In this document: piece after piece, positions 1-10,588 of the stretch
Numbering within the stretch: position 1 is the first letter of the stretch
Layout: every line of letters starts with the position of its first letter
Origin: Albugo candida
Lineage: Eukaryota
Direction: 5' to 3'
DNA length: 64,000 bases
NCBI GenBank assembly: GCA_040437565.1
Contig: JBDOQK010000018.1
Location: 1 to 64,000 of the forward strand
The notes under the pieces: model-generated
Told to the model about the DNA's origin: nothing
The model's input: the letters and a program-made list of their open reading frames with translations, nothing else
Database searches by the model: none
Translations under genes and position numbers: made by a program

Positions 1-369
1 AGTTCTAGATGGCCAGACAGCCAGGAGAATCATTATTTTCGGAGCATGTTAGAAAGCTAGGGTAGACGTATCATAGAACATCTATTGAGATAGAGAAACG
101 TTAGCTCAATTCTTTTTTGACCGATGAAGAATACATACGTTAACGATCAATCTTGCGGTATAGTGCATATGCGTTGATTATCCCTTATAGCTTTTCTTTT
201 TGGTGAGAAGCATCTCTACAGACGAAACGCCACTTTTGAGTCGGTGCGATTCTCATCCCTGCTGTTGTGTAGCATATCTGCCGCAAAATTGGCCTTCCAC
301 AAATTTCCAGTCCTCAAATCCTAATTCGACTCACACAAAAGACTTCAATATCCACAGGTGCTATTCGAA

Positions 370-642
370 ATGTATAACTGCAAAAAACTCACTCTCATTG
401 CATGCGCATATGTCGCACTAACGCAATATGCAATGGCAGGATCAGATGAGCTTTTGTCAGACCAGATAACCATAAATGAGAATTTTGAGCAAGTTCCTTC
501 TAAAACTGGTGAAGTACAAAAAGGCGATAATTGGGACTTATCGCGAGGGGATCCCAAGCCTGATTATCCTGAAGACCCTACGACAACTCAAGATGCATGT
601 GGTTGCATTCCAGTAAGCGTGGTAGGGGACGCGACATATTGT
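370..642 (+). CDS. Secreted oomycete Cys-containing protein (carbohydrate-binding / cyst-germination acidic-repeat family), 5' part only, runs into gap
   Basis: ATG 370; signal-peptide-like MYNCKKLTLIACAYVALTQYAMA, acidic spacer, then CIPVSVVGDATYC matching the oomycete VSVxGDATYC motif; cut by N-gap 643-742. Confidence 0.65.
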
Positions 643-751
643 NNNNNNNNNNNNNNNNNNNNNNNNNNNNNNNNNNNNNNNNNNNNNNNNNNNNNNNNNN
701 NNNNNNNNNNNNNNNNNNNNNNNNNNNNNNNNNNNNNNNNNNCAAAACCTT

Positions 752-1170
752 TTAGTCAATCACCACTGAACAAAGTGATACCAATTCGCAGTATAGATGG
801 CTCTTGCAACTACTCATGAGAGTTTCAGCTCTCAGTCTTTTCTTTTTGTTAAATACATAGTTCATGTTCCCATACTCCAATTTTTCGTCGTTCCTACATC
901 TGAATGTCTGACGGGATGAAGCCTCTTTACCTGTAAACACTTCAAAGCACGGATAAGCAATCTGCTCAAAGCTTGACGAATAAAAAACAATCGGGACATG
1001 CTTTCGAGATATTGACTCTGCAGAATTAAACTTCTAAATTCTATCCGTAAGAAGTGGGTACAAAGTATATGCACTACTTGAATCGTCTTGATGCGGGTTT
1101 CGAACTTTGATCTATCTAGTAACCGCTGTTGCTTTAGTATCCTACTTCTTTTACTATAATAGACATCCAT
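752..1170 (-). CDS. Possible small spliced hypothetical gene divergent from the photolyase
   Basis: ATG-started basic ORF MDVYYSKRSRILKQQRLLDRSKFETRIKTIQ followed by a plausible GT..CAG intron; no recognisable family, structure uncertain. Confidence 0.2.
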
Positions 1171-1283
1171 CGCGATGGTCTTCCAAAAACAGCCGTGCGA
1201 CTGTAAATACAAAGTTAGACGTTTCGGATTGCACCGACTAATCGTAAGCTTAACACCGTTTACTCAATACGATCCAGAAGAGA

Positions 1284-2912
1284 ATGACGACAATTCGATG
1301 TCGACTGGAATCCTGTCTTAAAACTGAAAGAATTCAACTGGATCGGATTAGATGGTTGTATGATGGAGCCATCTCTGCAAAAAAAACGGACACAAGCGCC
1401 CAGGACAAAAAGTATATATTGTATTGGATGCAGACAAGCGTTCGTACGACCTACAATTACGGCTTGGAGTATGCTCTTGAAGCTGCTACTGCGTTAGCTC
1501 TTCCGCTTCAAGTGATATATTTTCTTAGCGATCGATCTGCTGTTCCAAAAAAGCAACTGGCCAGAGATCCGAATGCGTTTGCATTCTCTACGGAAAGGCA
1601 CGCCAAGTTTGCTTTGGAAGGATTAGCTAGTACCAAATCACGGCTGAAAGAGCGAGGTATCGATCTCAAGATTGTACTGTCTGGGAACACCAAGCAAGAA
1701 TCCGAGAACGAAGAAAATGAGGATGAATTTGGTGCTACTCGTTATCATCTACTCGACAGGTGCGCTCGCAATGCGGTGCTCGTGGTGACGGATAGAGCAT
1801 ACATTCGCTTCTCAGCAAACGATACATTGCGTTGTGCTGAATATGCCAAAGAGAGTACAAATGCGTGGGGCCTGGTACAAGTAGAAGGAGATGTTGTAGT
1901 GCCGTCTGCGATTGCTTCTGACAAAGAAGAATATTCAGCAAGAACGATACGGCCCAAAGTGACACGTCACCTCGCAAAATTTCTCGTACAGTTGAAGGAA
2001 CAAGATATATCGGACAAAATCAAAAGCTCAAACTTGAATCTCCTTCATTTCCTACCTTTCAAGCTGTTAAATAAAAATACGAGCACCAAGGATTGCATCC
2101 TGGAAATAGACCCAGCACGTAAAGCAGAAATGCTAGAGGCACTTGACTTGGATCGATCGGTTGTCCCTGTCGAATCGATGCTTGGAGGTGAAGACGAAGC
2201 AGAGCGACATGCAAGAGAGTTTGCCAGGGGTAAGTTGTGCAAATACGCTGAAGCTCGAAATGAACCCGGTGCGGACGGGAGTAGCAATCTCAGTTGTTAT
2301 CTACATTATGGACATATCAGTCCTGTATGGATTGCATTGCTTGTCAAGGAAATAGACGATGCAAATAACAAGAACAGTCAGGACGCTTTCCTGGAAGAGA
2401 TGATTGTTCGTCGGGAGCTATCAGTCAACTTTGTCGTTTATAATCCGGATCGGTACGATTCCATAGAAGGCATTCCTGATTTCGCGAAAAAAACTCTAAA
2501 CGATCACCGCGGTGACGAGCGACCCCATATTTATACTCTCAAGGACTTGGAAAGCGGACTAACCGAAGATAAGTATTGGAATGCAGCGCAATTGGAAGTT
2601 GTACATAGTGGGCGCATGCATGGATATATGCGCATGTACTGGGGAAAGAAAATATTGGAATGGTCAAAAACACCAGAAGAAGCTTTTGAACGAACTGTGT
2701 ACCTGAATAACAAATACAGTTTGGATGCACCGCATCCAAATTCTTACACTGGAGTCGCTTGGACTTTTGGAAAACACGACCAAGGATGGAGAGAGCGAGA
2801 AATTTTTGGGAAGGTGCGTTATATGAATGAAACGGGTTTGAAGCGAAAATTTGACATGGATGGCTATGTCCAAAAAATCAAATCATTGCGGGAAAGTTGC
2901 GGAGATGAGTAG
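1284..2912 (+). CDS. PHR: Class II CPD photolyase (deoxyribodipyrimidine photo-lyase)
   Basis: Intronless 542-aa ORF; YILYWMQ, SNLSCYLHYGHIS, FLEEMIVRRELS, MHGYMRMYWGKKILEW, GKHDQGWREREIFGKVRYMN. Confidence 0.95.
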   Translation: MTTIRCRLESCLKTERIQLDRIRWLYDGAISAKKTDTSAQDKKYILYWMQTSVRTTYNYGLEYALEAATALALPLQVIYFLSDRSAVPKKQLARDPNAFAFSTERHAKFALEGLASTKSRLKERGIDLKIVLSGNTKQESENEENEDEFGATRYHLLDRCARNAVLVVTDRAYIRFSANDTLRCAEYAKESTNAWGLVQVEGDVVVPSAIASDKEEYSARTIRPKVTRHLAKFLVQLKEQDISDKIKSSNLNLLHFLPFKLLNKNTSTKDCILEIDPARKAEMLEALDLDRSVVPVESMLGGEDEAERHAREFARGKLCKYAEARNEPGADGSSNLSCYLHYGHISPVWIALLVKEIDDANNKNSQDAFLEEMIVRRELSVNFVVYNPDRYDSIEGIPDFAKKTLNDHRGDERPHIYTLKDLESGLTEDKYWNAAQLEVVHSGRMHGYMRMYWGKKILEWSKTPEEAFERTVYLNNKYSLDAPHPNSYTGVAWTFGKHDQGWREREIFGKVRYMNETGLKRKFDMDGYVQKIKSLRESCGDE

Positions 2913-3565
2913 TCGCAGTTAAGGCAGCTTGCTTGGTAACTGACGTTATGTTTGCGTATTGCTTAGTGACGTTGAATGTTACATTGTTCCAATCAGTGTA
3001 TCATCGTCTTGAATGCAGAGTGATGTTGGGGTGCAACCCTCAGTATACTGAATATTTACATGCTGACGGGAAAGATACATGATATAAGTAAATATTTATG
3101 CTCAAGTAACGATTGTATTGAATCAAGTAAAAATGGGGTACATATACAGCATATGAGACGCTCGTAACAAAACGTTGAAGAGTGTCAACCAGCGACTTGA
3201 CAGATGTCGATTTCAACGGGTCCATCGCCACATCTGATACAAAATCGTCGACTGTACGATTAAAATAAGGAGACTTTTTTATTGTTTGTTATAGATGGTA
3301 TTCACTGCGCCCCGTCACAGGCAATCGTGCAGGCATTCACCGCAAATGAGCCATTAGAATTTTGAGGTTTGCAGGATACGATGGGTACCTAAAGTACCCA
3401 CCAAGGAACGTTACTCTGATCGATAAGAGCGTATTTTAACGACAAATGACCCAATTCAGTGGCAAGATACATAAATGGAGCATTTCTCACGCCCAACAAT
3501 ATCTCGGAATACTTTCGGGCACGGGTTCAAGACTGTCCTATACAAATACACTTGCATAAGTGATC

Positions 3566-4003
3566 CCACACAGAAAATCAATCCCAAGCGCGTTAGCTTA
3601 TATGAATGTGATCTTTGGACTTTTCGGCGAGTCCGAACATGTTAGTGTCAAAGATGTTTATGATTGACCGAAACATTCTGTGGTCAATCTGACGCACTTA
3701 TCGCCATCAAATTTCCTTTCGCACTCCTTCCTGCNNNNNNNNNNNNNNNNNNNNNNNNNNNNNNNNNNNNNNNNNNNNNNNNNNNNNNNNNNNNNNNNNN
3801 NNNNNNNNNNNNNNNNNNNNNNNNNNNNNNNNNNCCACACAGAAAATCAATCCCAAGCGCGTTAGCTTATATGAATGTGATCTTTGGACTTTTCGGCGAG
3901 TCCGAACATGTTAGTGTCAAAGATGTTTATGATTGACCGAAACATTCTGTGGTCAATCTGACGCACTTATCGCCATCAAATTTCCTTTCGCACTCCTTCC
4001 TGC
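3566..4003. repeat. Gap-flank direct duplication 3566-3734 / 3835-4003
   Basis: Same 169 nt either side of a 100-N gap. Confidence 0.9.
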
Positions 4004-4358
4004 TGCAACGTCTTCTTCTCTCTTCATTCCCTATTTTTTCGCTTTGAAGATATGCGCAAGAAGAGCGTCGAATTTGACGATCACCTAATGGCTCCGCAGT
4101 TGATGATTCTTCGCCTTAGATTCTCCAAGTGATCGTGCATATTGACAGGAAAGGATGGTGTTTCACGAAATATTGCTTCCAACAGAAAAATTGATTCACT
4201 GATATCATTCAAAGAATCAGATGAAAATATCGTCTGTATCTGATTAGGATCGACTCAGACATGCGCCACGATAAAAGATCTGATTCTTGATCATACCGTT
4301 TTGTGTACCAAAGTACTGTCGAGTCAAATTTTGTCAGGGGACAAAAGTAAACCAAACG

Positions 4359-5794
4359 ATGAGATTAACTGTGAAGACACTACAAGGGAACGCTTTTTCG
4401 ATAGAAGCAGAGCTTACAGACACGGTAACTCTCTCCATTCGCTCATACTCTACCCGATTTATAAATCTGTATTCTGTATAAGGTGGCAGTTGTCAAGACA
4501 AAGATCGAAGAAGCACAAGAATTCCAGGCATCTCAGCAGAAATTGATACATGCAGGAAAAATTCTCAAAGATGATACAGTGCTGAGTGAATACAACATCA
4601 AAGAGAACGATTTTATCGTCGTCATGGTGTCCAAGGTATCCTGACTTGCATTTACAGTTTTGCTCAAATTTGACTGAATCGGTCGGTAGCCAAAGGGATC
4701 ACGACCCACTAGCGCAGTACCAAGTAATACGACCGCACAAACACCCACGGTACCATTTCCGGTTCCAAGTACCTCAGCCGCATCTAGCGGGGAAACTTCG
4801 ACTCCATTACCAGTATCTTCATCGACACGTCCGACTACTGAAAGCACAACTTCTGGCAGCTCTACTGGAACGAGTACAGGTGCTTCAAACTCCAGTGCTG
4901 AGGTACACACCTTTTTTTGGAAGATTTGTAAAACCTCATTCATCGTGTAATATGTTGTGTCAGCAGGATGCAAATGTGCGGCAATTGTGTGACATGGGCT
5001 TTCCAGAAGAACAAGTCCGCTCATGTCTGCAAGCTGCGTTCGGAAATCCGGACCGTGCGGTGGAATACCTAATGAATGGAATACCGGAAAACCTGGTCAA
5101 TCCTACAACAGCTGCAGTACCCAGCACAGGAAGCCCAGGTGTTGGTAGCCTGGAACAGCTGCGAAATCACCCGCAGTTTGCTAGTTTTCGTGAAGTAGTA
5201 CGGACAAATCCTGCAGCTCTTCCAGCATTACTACAGCAGATCGGTGGTCAAAATCCTGAGCTTCTGCGTCTCATCCATGAAAATCAATCGCAATTCCTCC
5301 AGATGTTGAATGAAGAATCGACTGCGCCAGCGGCAGAGTCTAGACAAGGTGGACAGGATGTAGCAGGAGGTGGTCAAACGCTATCCGCAGACCATATTCA
5401 GCGCCTTTTGGCGTCGTTGAGCCCAGCACAAATGGCTCAGATGGCCGCTCAAATGGGTTTGTCACCGGAGCAATTGCGTGATGTCTCGCACATGCTTGGT
5501 GAACTACCACCAGGAGCATTGGAGCAACTGTCAAGGGCATATGGTGGTGGCGCTGGTAGTGCCGCAGGAGAAACCGGTGGACATCGTATCATGTTATCTG
5601 AGGAAGAAGCGGCGGCTGTGGATCGGTTGTGCGATATGGGGTTTGACCGCTCGGAAGCAGCGCAAGCATACTTGGCTTGTGAGAAAAATGAAGCGCTTGC
5701 CGCTAATCTATTGATGGATAGTATGAATGAGAACACTGCTCCATCTTCTGGTAGTGGAAGTATGGGCGAAGGAGGTGACGATATATACAACTGA
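4359..5794 (+). CDS. RAD23: UV excision repair / ubiquitin shuttle protein Rad23 (spliced)
   Basis: UBL MRLTVKTLQG...QQKLIHAGKILKDD; UBA1 LCDMGFPEEQVRSCLQAAFGNPDRAVEYL; XPC-binding LRNHPQF...QNPELL; UBA2 LCDMGFDRSEAAQAYLACEKNEALAANLL; short GT-AG introns. Confidence 0.95.
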
Positions 5795-5978
5795 AAGCAG
5801 CACTGCTACAATTTGAACTGCAGTCCTTTAACGCGACAAAGGCGAGAACCAACAGTACGTATTCATTCTTCCAAGTAGTTTAAATTGGAATAAACTCGTT
5901 TTATTTCAAATCCGTTTTCCAAATGCTATTTCCAGTCGTACCAAGTCCTCTTTTTGCTCCCTCAATCATATCACATTT

Positions 5979-7214
5979 ATGGTGGACGAAGTAGAAAAGC
6001 ATATTTTACGCAAATATGAAATTGTGCAAAAAATCGGAAAAGGAGTACACCTTGTGCTTTGCTTTGTGTTTTTGTCGGCGTATTAACTCTGAGATTGCAG
6101 GCGTATGGAATTGTGTGGAAAGCTATCGATAAAAACACACGCCAAGTTGTAGCTGTGAAGAAATGCTTTGATGCATTTCGGAATCCCACTGATGCACAGC
6201 GAACATTTCGAGAAGTGATGTATTTGCAAGAGCTTCGAGGTCACGAGAATATCATTCGGCTTTTGAATGTGATCAAGGCAGACAATGATCGTGATATCTA
6301 CTTGATTTTCGACCACATGGGTAAGGCTCGCATGCAGCTGTTTTGCGAAGGAATGAAGCTGAGTGTCCGAATAGAAACAGATCTCCATGCCGTTGTTCGA
6401 GCCAACATTTTAGAGGATATACACAAGCGATATATCACGTACCAGCTTTTAAAATCGCTCAAGTATTTGCATTCTGCGGATGTCATACATCGTGACATCA
6501 AACCAAGCAATTTGTTGCTGAATGCGGACTGTCACACGAGGCTTTGTGATTTCGGGTTATGTCGATCCATATCAGAGGATGTAGGTCCGAATCCCACGCT
6601 TACAGATTACGTCGCAACTCGATGGTATCGGGCTCCTGAAATTCTCTTTGGGTCGACGCGATACACAAAAGCTGTCGATATGTGGGCAGTGGGATGTATT
6701 ATTGCCGAAATGATTGCTGGTCGTCCTACATTTCCCGGGACTTCGACAATGAATCAATTGGAGCGAGTCTTGGAAGTTACAGGAATCCCTTCAAACGAAG
6801 ACTTGGATAGTATTGAGTCTCCTTATGCATCAACAATGCTAGAAAGCCTCCGACCATCACGACGGAAGAGTTGGCAAGAGATATTTCCCAAAGCCTCTGA
6901 AGACGCAATCGATCTCATGCGTCAGTGTTTTCAGGTAGGATTTCTTTGGTAGTAGAAAAAATGAAACGCAAGATATTTTGTAGTTTTCGCCTACAAAACG
7001 CATCAATGCAAAAGAAGCTATCAAACATCCATATGTTGCCACCTTTCACAACGAAGAACAAGAGCAGGATGCGCCGGGATCGTTGCAGATTGTCGTTGAC
7101 GACAATACAAAATACTCTGCCGAAGATTATCGTGACCGATTGTATCGAGAAATCATTAAAAAGAAAAAAGAATTACGGCGTATTTTGAAAGGATCGGGAA
7201 GTGGTGGTCGATGA
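5979..7214 (+). CDS. MAPK15: Atypical MAP kinase of the MAPK15/ERK7 family (4 exons)
   Basis: HILRKYEIVQKIGKG|AYGIVWKA; DAFRNPTDAQRTFRE; HRDIKPSN; DFG; LTDYVATRWYRAPE (TDY); last exon DDNTKYSAEDYRDRLY ends TGA 7214. Confidence 0.92.
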
Positions 7215-7351
7215 CCACTCAAGTGTGATTGATAGTATGGAGTCGTACAGACAAAAAGAAGGATAGATCTATGTGTTAAAACGTAAGCATCAGATGTTGC
7301 TCTATTGTGTTTGGAAGCGCTGGTAAAGATCATGCTTCAAGATGGCGATGC

Positions 7352-8512
7352 TTACTGAAATATGGGTTGCTCCACACGGTGAAATCGCTGATTTCGAGTC
7401 GATTTTGACGATGGAGTTTGCAATATGCTCTGACTGCGTACGTATTTCCGCTTTTTGCTAGACGTTGGTCCCGTTGATGGGGGATTTGCAAACCCGACAT
7501 TTTTTGCATACGCACTTGAGTTGGATTGGACACCATCGCTTTGGACTGAGGCATTGCTTCCTCCTTCAAATCTGACGCGTTGTTGTTTTGGGTACAAATT
7601 GCGCGCTTCTGATGGCTTTTTGAGAGCGCTTTTAGGAGCTGTTTTATATGAATTGTCGGCTTCCCACTCGGCCTCATCGTCAAGCTCTTCATCAGATCCT
7701 TGCCAGGAGAAAAGACTTGGTCTATCCTCTTCATCCCAGTCTGCATTTGAGAGAACTTCAGTTTCAGCGAGCGAGTTTCGGCATTCTGGGATGCAATTCG
7801 ATGAAGCTCCAGACATGGTTCCGCCGTACTGAGGCAAGCAATTTGTCAACAGTACGAGGACGTGGGCCTGTCTTCGTAATTGAGCACAGTGGACAGCCAG
7901 ATTCATTGTCTTTGACGGAATGTCTTCTGTTGTTGTCAAAAGATAGCCCGCACATTCGTAATGTCCATTAAGACTTGCCACAGAGAGTAATGTATGACCA
8001 CAGAAATGATAATGAGGCCAATCCAATGGCTGTTGTGTGAGTAAATGTTTCAAGAAGTGAAGATGGCCGAGTTGAGCGGCAAGGAATACTGGAAGAGGTT
8101 CTGTATCTACTTTTTCTTGGCCAGAATTTTCATTCTGTCCGACGCAGTTGAATTGGAAACCTCGTTGCTGCAGTCGGATAAACACTTGCCATTTATCGAA
8201 ACGAATGCTGACACAATACATTGCGTACCCCCACCACTTGATTGACGACTTGTTTTCCTTTTGGAATGCATTCAAAACCAAGTCTAAGATCTGGATGTCA
8301 CCTTGCTGACACGCCAAGAGCAAAGCATTCATATGTTTTACTGATACATTTTGGGGACTTTGCTTTATAGTGTACTCATTCCAAATAGGATTTGCACCTG
8401 CATCGAGCAAGTCTGCAACTTGCCGAAAGTGGCCATTCTTCACAGCCTTGCGGAGACGAATATGAGCTTCATTTTCTTTGTTATGGAACAATTTACGAAA
8501 TATTTTTGACAT
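7352..8512 (-). CDS. Ankyrin-repeat protein with acidic/low-complexity C-terminus
   Basis: 386-aa ORF; LRKAVKNGHFRQVADLLDAGANP, ALLLACQQGD, PVFLAAQLGH, TLLSVASLNGHYECAGYLL. Confidence 0.85.
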   Translation of the reverse strand: MSKIFRKLFHNKENEAHIRLRKAVKNGHFRQVADLLDAGANPIWNEYTIKQSPQNVSVKHMNALLLACQQGDIQILDLVLNAFQKENKSSIKWWGYAMYCVSIRFDKWQVFIRLQQRGFQFNCVGQNENSGQEKVDTEPLPVFLAAQLGHLHFLKHLLTQQPLDWPHYHFCGHTLLSVASLNGHYECAGYLLTTTEDIPSKTMNLAVHCAQLRRQAHVLVLLTNCLPQYGGTMSGASSNCIPECRNSLAETEVLSNADWDEEDRPSLFSWQGSDEELDDEAEWEADNSYKTAPKSALKKPSEARNLYPKQQRVRFEGGSNASVQSDGVQSNSSAYAKNVGFANPPSTGPTSSKKRKYVRSQSILQTPSSKSTRNQRFHRVEQPIFQ

Positions 8513-8811
8513 ATCTTTCTTTGGTCGTACGTTTTGAACAAGTCTTTGGAAAATGATCTCGCATGAGCCAAATTTGTCGGAATTCCATTTCAGCAGAAAT
8601 AGTAATTGCTAACGCTAGTAATTTAGAAGCGAGAGATGGCTAGATGCTTTAACAAATGCGTTGAAACGCTAGAAATGAGAAGGGAAAATTACTGCTTAGA
8701 TTCCATGTTACACACGCAGAAGTATGCATACAGATGAGACCGAAGACGAAGAGAAATGTGACGTAGAATTCTCGTAATATAGGAGCTGATATTTCTTACA
8801 TTATTATCTTA

Positions 8812-9498
8812 TCACAAATCCGATTCGTTATTTAAAGATTGTAATGGCCCGATGAACGCCAATGGGTCATATTGGGCGACTCGGATACATCTTGTAGCAA
8901 TCTCAAGTACGCGGGCGTGCACTTCCTCGATTGTTTTTGTGGCATCAACAACATGCCAACGGCTCTCAGCTACAGGAGTACGATCAAGCTCGATAAGTTT
9001 ATGAAAATTGGCTCGAACTTTTTTTTGAAATTCTACATTCTCGTATCTTTCCCCACCATAATGTTCTCTCTTTGATGCGTCGTCGACAGGAACGTCCAGG
9101 AATATCACAGCATCAGGACGAGGGAGCCCAATTTCTGGCTGCCAGCACCACTGCAAATCCATGCTTGTTTTGGAAGCGGAGAATACGGCACCGCTGTAGG
9201 TGTAACGATCCACCACAATATGTTTTCCGTTTTTCAAATCTGCCTCAATCTTCTCCGCAGCTTCCCATCTATTCGCAGTGAATAGTAAATGAATAGCCCG
9301 ATCATTCACGTGTTCGTCTTTACGTGTCAAATACGCGTCAATGAGCTTTCCAGTCGGCGTTGAGCGATCTGGAAAGCGAAGTAATTCCGAAGCTAACGAC
9401 ATTTTAGTAAGCGCTTCATGTAACAACTTTGTTTGAGTGGTCTTCCCACAGCAGTCCACTCCTTCAATTAAAATGAACACACCTCGCTTCGCACCCAT
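8812..9498 (-). CDS. DTYMK: Thymidylate (dTMP) kinase
   Basis: RGVFILIEGVDCCGKTTQ P-loop, RFPDRSTPTG, HLLFTANRWE, VDRYTYSG, GLPRPD, ERYE..EFQKKV; first ATG 9498. Confidence 0.95.
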   Translation of the reverse strand: MGAKRGVFILIEGVDCCGKTTQTKLLHEALTKMSLASELLRFPDRSTPTGKLIDAYLTRKDEHVNDRAIHLLFTANRWEAAEKIEADLKNGKHIVVDRYTYSGAVFSASKTSMDLQWCWQPEIGLPRPDAVIFLDVPVDDASKREHYGGERYENVEFQKKVRANFHKLIELDRTPVAESRWHVVDATKTIEEVHARVLEIATRCIRVAQYDPLAFIGPLQSLNNESDL

Positions 9499-9556
9499 TG
9501 GTGTCCGACAACTTAACAAAAATGGGCGTAAACTTATACAATTAACAAGAGTATGT

Positions 9557-10372
9557 TTATTGTGCGAATACTTTGTCCTCGATGTCGTGATACTGCCCGA
9601 AATACTCGCCGGTGATACAGATAAGTATGTTGATACATTTCAAGTATGTGTCATTTTGACCGGTCATTTCATTTCGGAGGTTCCAACAACGACGTAGCAG
9701 CTGCCGGATGATTGCGCTAACGTCAGCACTGGTTGGTCTGTCTAATCTTGCTAGTAGAGCGAAAATCCACACAGCGTGCTCTTTCGTGAGCTGTATTGTT
9801 TCAAGCCATTCTACCTGATACATGAGCAACTTTCTGGTCAGAATTTGGTCAAACTGTAACGCCAGACGCAAGTACGGGGGCGAGCCCGTGTGCTCAGTTC
9901 TATCAGTACTGCATTCTGCATCTATTTCCATAGGTGCATCTTTTACTTCTGTATCTGTATCCAAATCTCGTCCATAGAAAAATCGCATCCAACCAGCTTC
10001 ATCACTTTGTCGTGGTACTTGCGCATGCTCTTCGATGCTACTTTCCTCGGAACGAATCGCTTGCCATCGTCTTATAAGCTGTCGTAACTCTGCGAATTCG
10101 GCCAATACAAATGATTTCCACTCTTCTGAGGGTAAGTGAGCAGGGTCACTAACTATGGAGCAATCTTTAAGGACCGGCACGCGAATGGTTTGACGCTTGT
10201 CGTAATCCCGAGGGTTCACATCGGACACAACAACTTGCGGTATTTCTTCCACTTCATGACGTACGCGCCACAAATATTCTTGAACATCAGCTGGAGGAAG
10301 TCTGTCCTCCATACGCTGCAAGAAATACACTTTGTCAATTCCATCTTCATCAATCGGAAGGACCGCGTTCAT
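9557..10372 (-). CDS. GEMIN2: Gemin2 / SMN-interacting protein 1
   Basis: PPADVQEYLWRVRHE N-terminal motif; WIFALLARLDRP..ADVSAIIRQLLRRC; ILICITGEYFGQ C-terminus. Confidence 0.88.
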   Translation of the reverse strand: MNAVLPIDEDGIDKVYFLQRMEDRLPPADVQEYLWRVRHEVEEIPQVVVSDVNPRDYDKRQTIRVPVLKDCSIVSDPAHLPSEEWKSFVLAEFAELRQLIRRWQAIRSEESSIEEHAQVPRQSDEAGWMRFFYGRDLDTDTEVKDAPMEIDAECSTDRTEHTGSPPYLRLALQFDQILTRKLLMYQVEWLETIQLTKEHAVWIFALLARLDRPTSADVSAIIRQLLRRCWNLRNEMTGQNDTYLKCINILICITGEYFGQYHDIEDKVFAQ

Positions 10373-10588
10373 GCCTTTTATCCGAGTTTAGCGTGTCTAA
10401 ATGTATTTAGGATATATTATAAGCACTGTGAAGCGCTTAAACAACTCGATTCGATCCTGTAGCATACGATTCTGCTTCTTTATGCACACGTCAGATGCTG
10501 TAAACGGTAAACGCTGGTACGTGCTCGTGAACGTTGACAGCGAGTCTCCAAGAAGATTGAAAACATTTGGATTTATGTGCCGCACACT

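Noticed and set aside
3382-3400. Hairpin TGGGTAC-CTAAA-GTACCCA (Helitron end or terminator?)
   Set aside because: 7-bp stem only, no CTRR terminus or other element features; expected by chance
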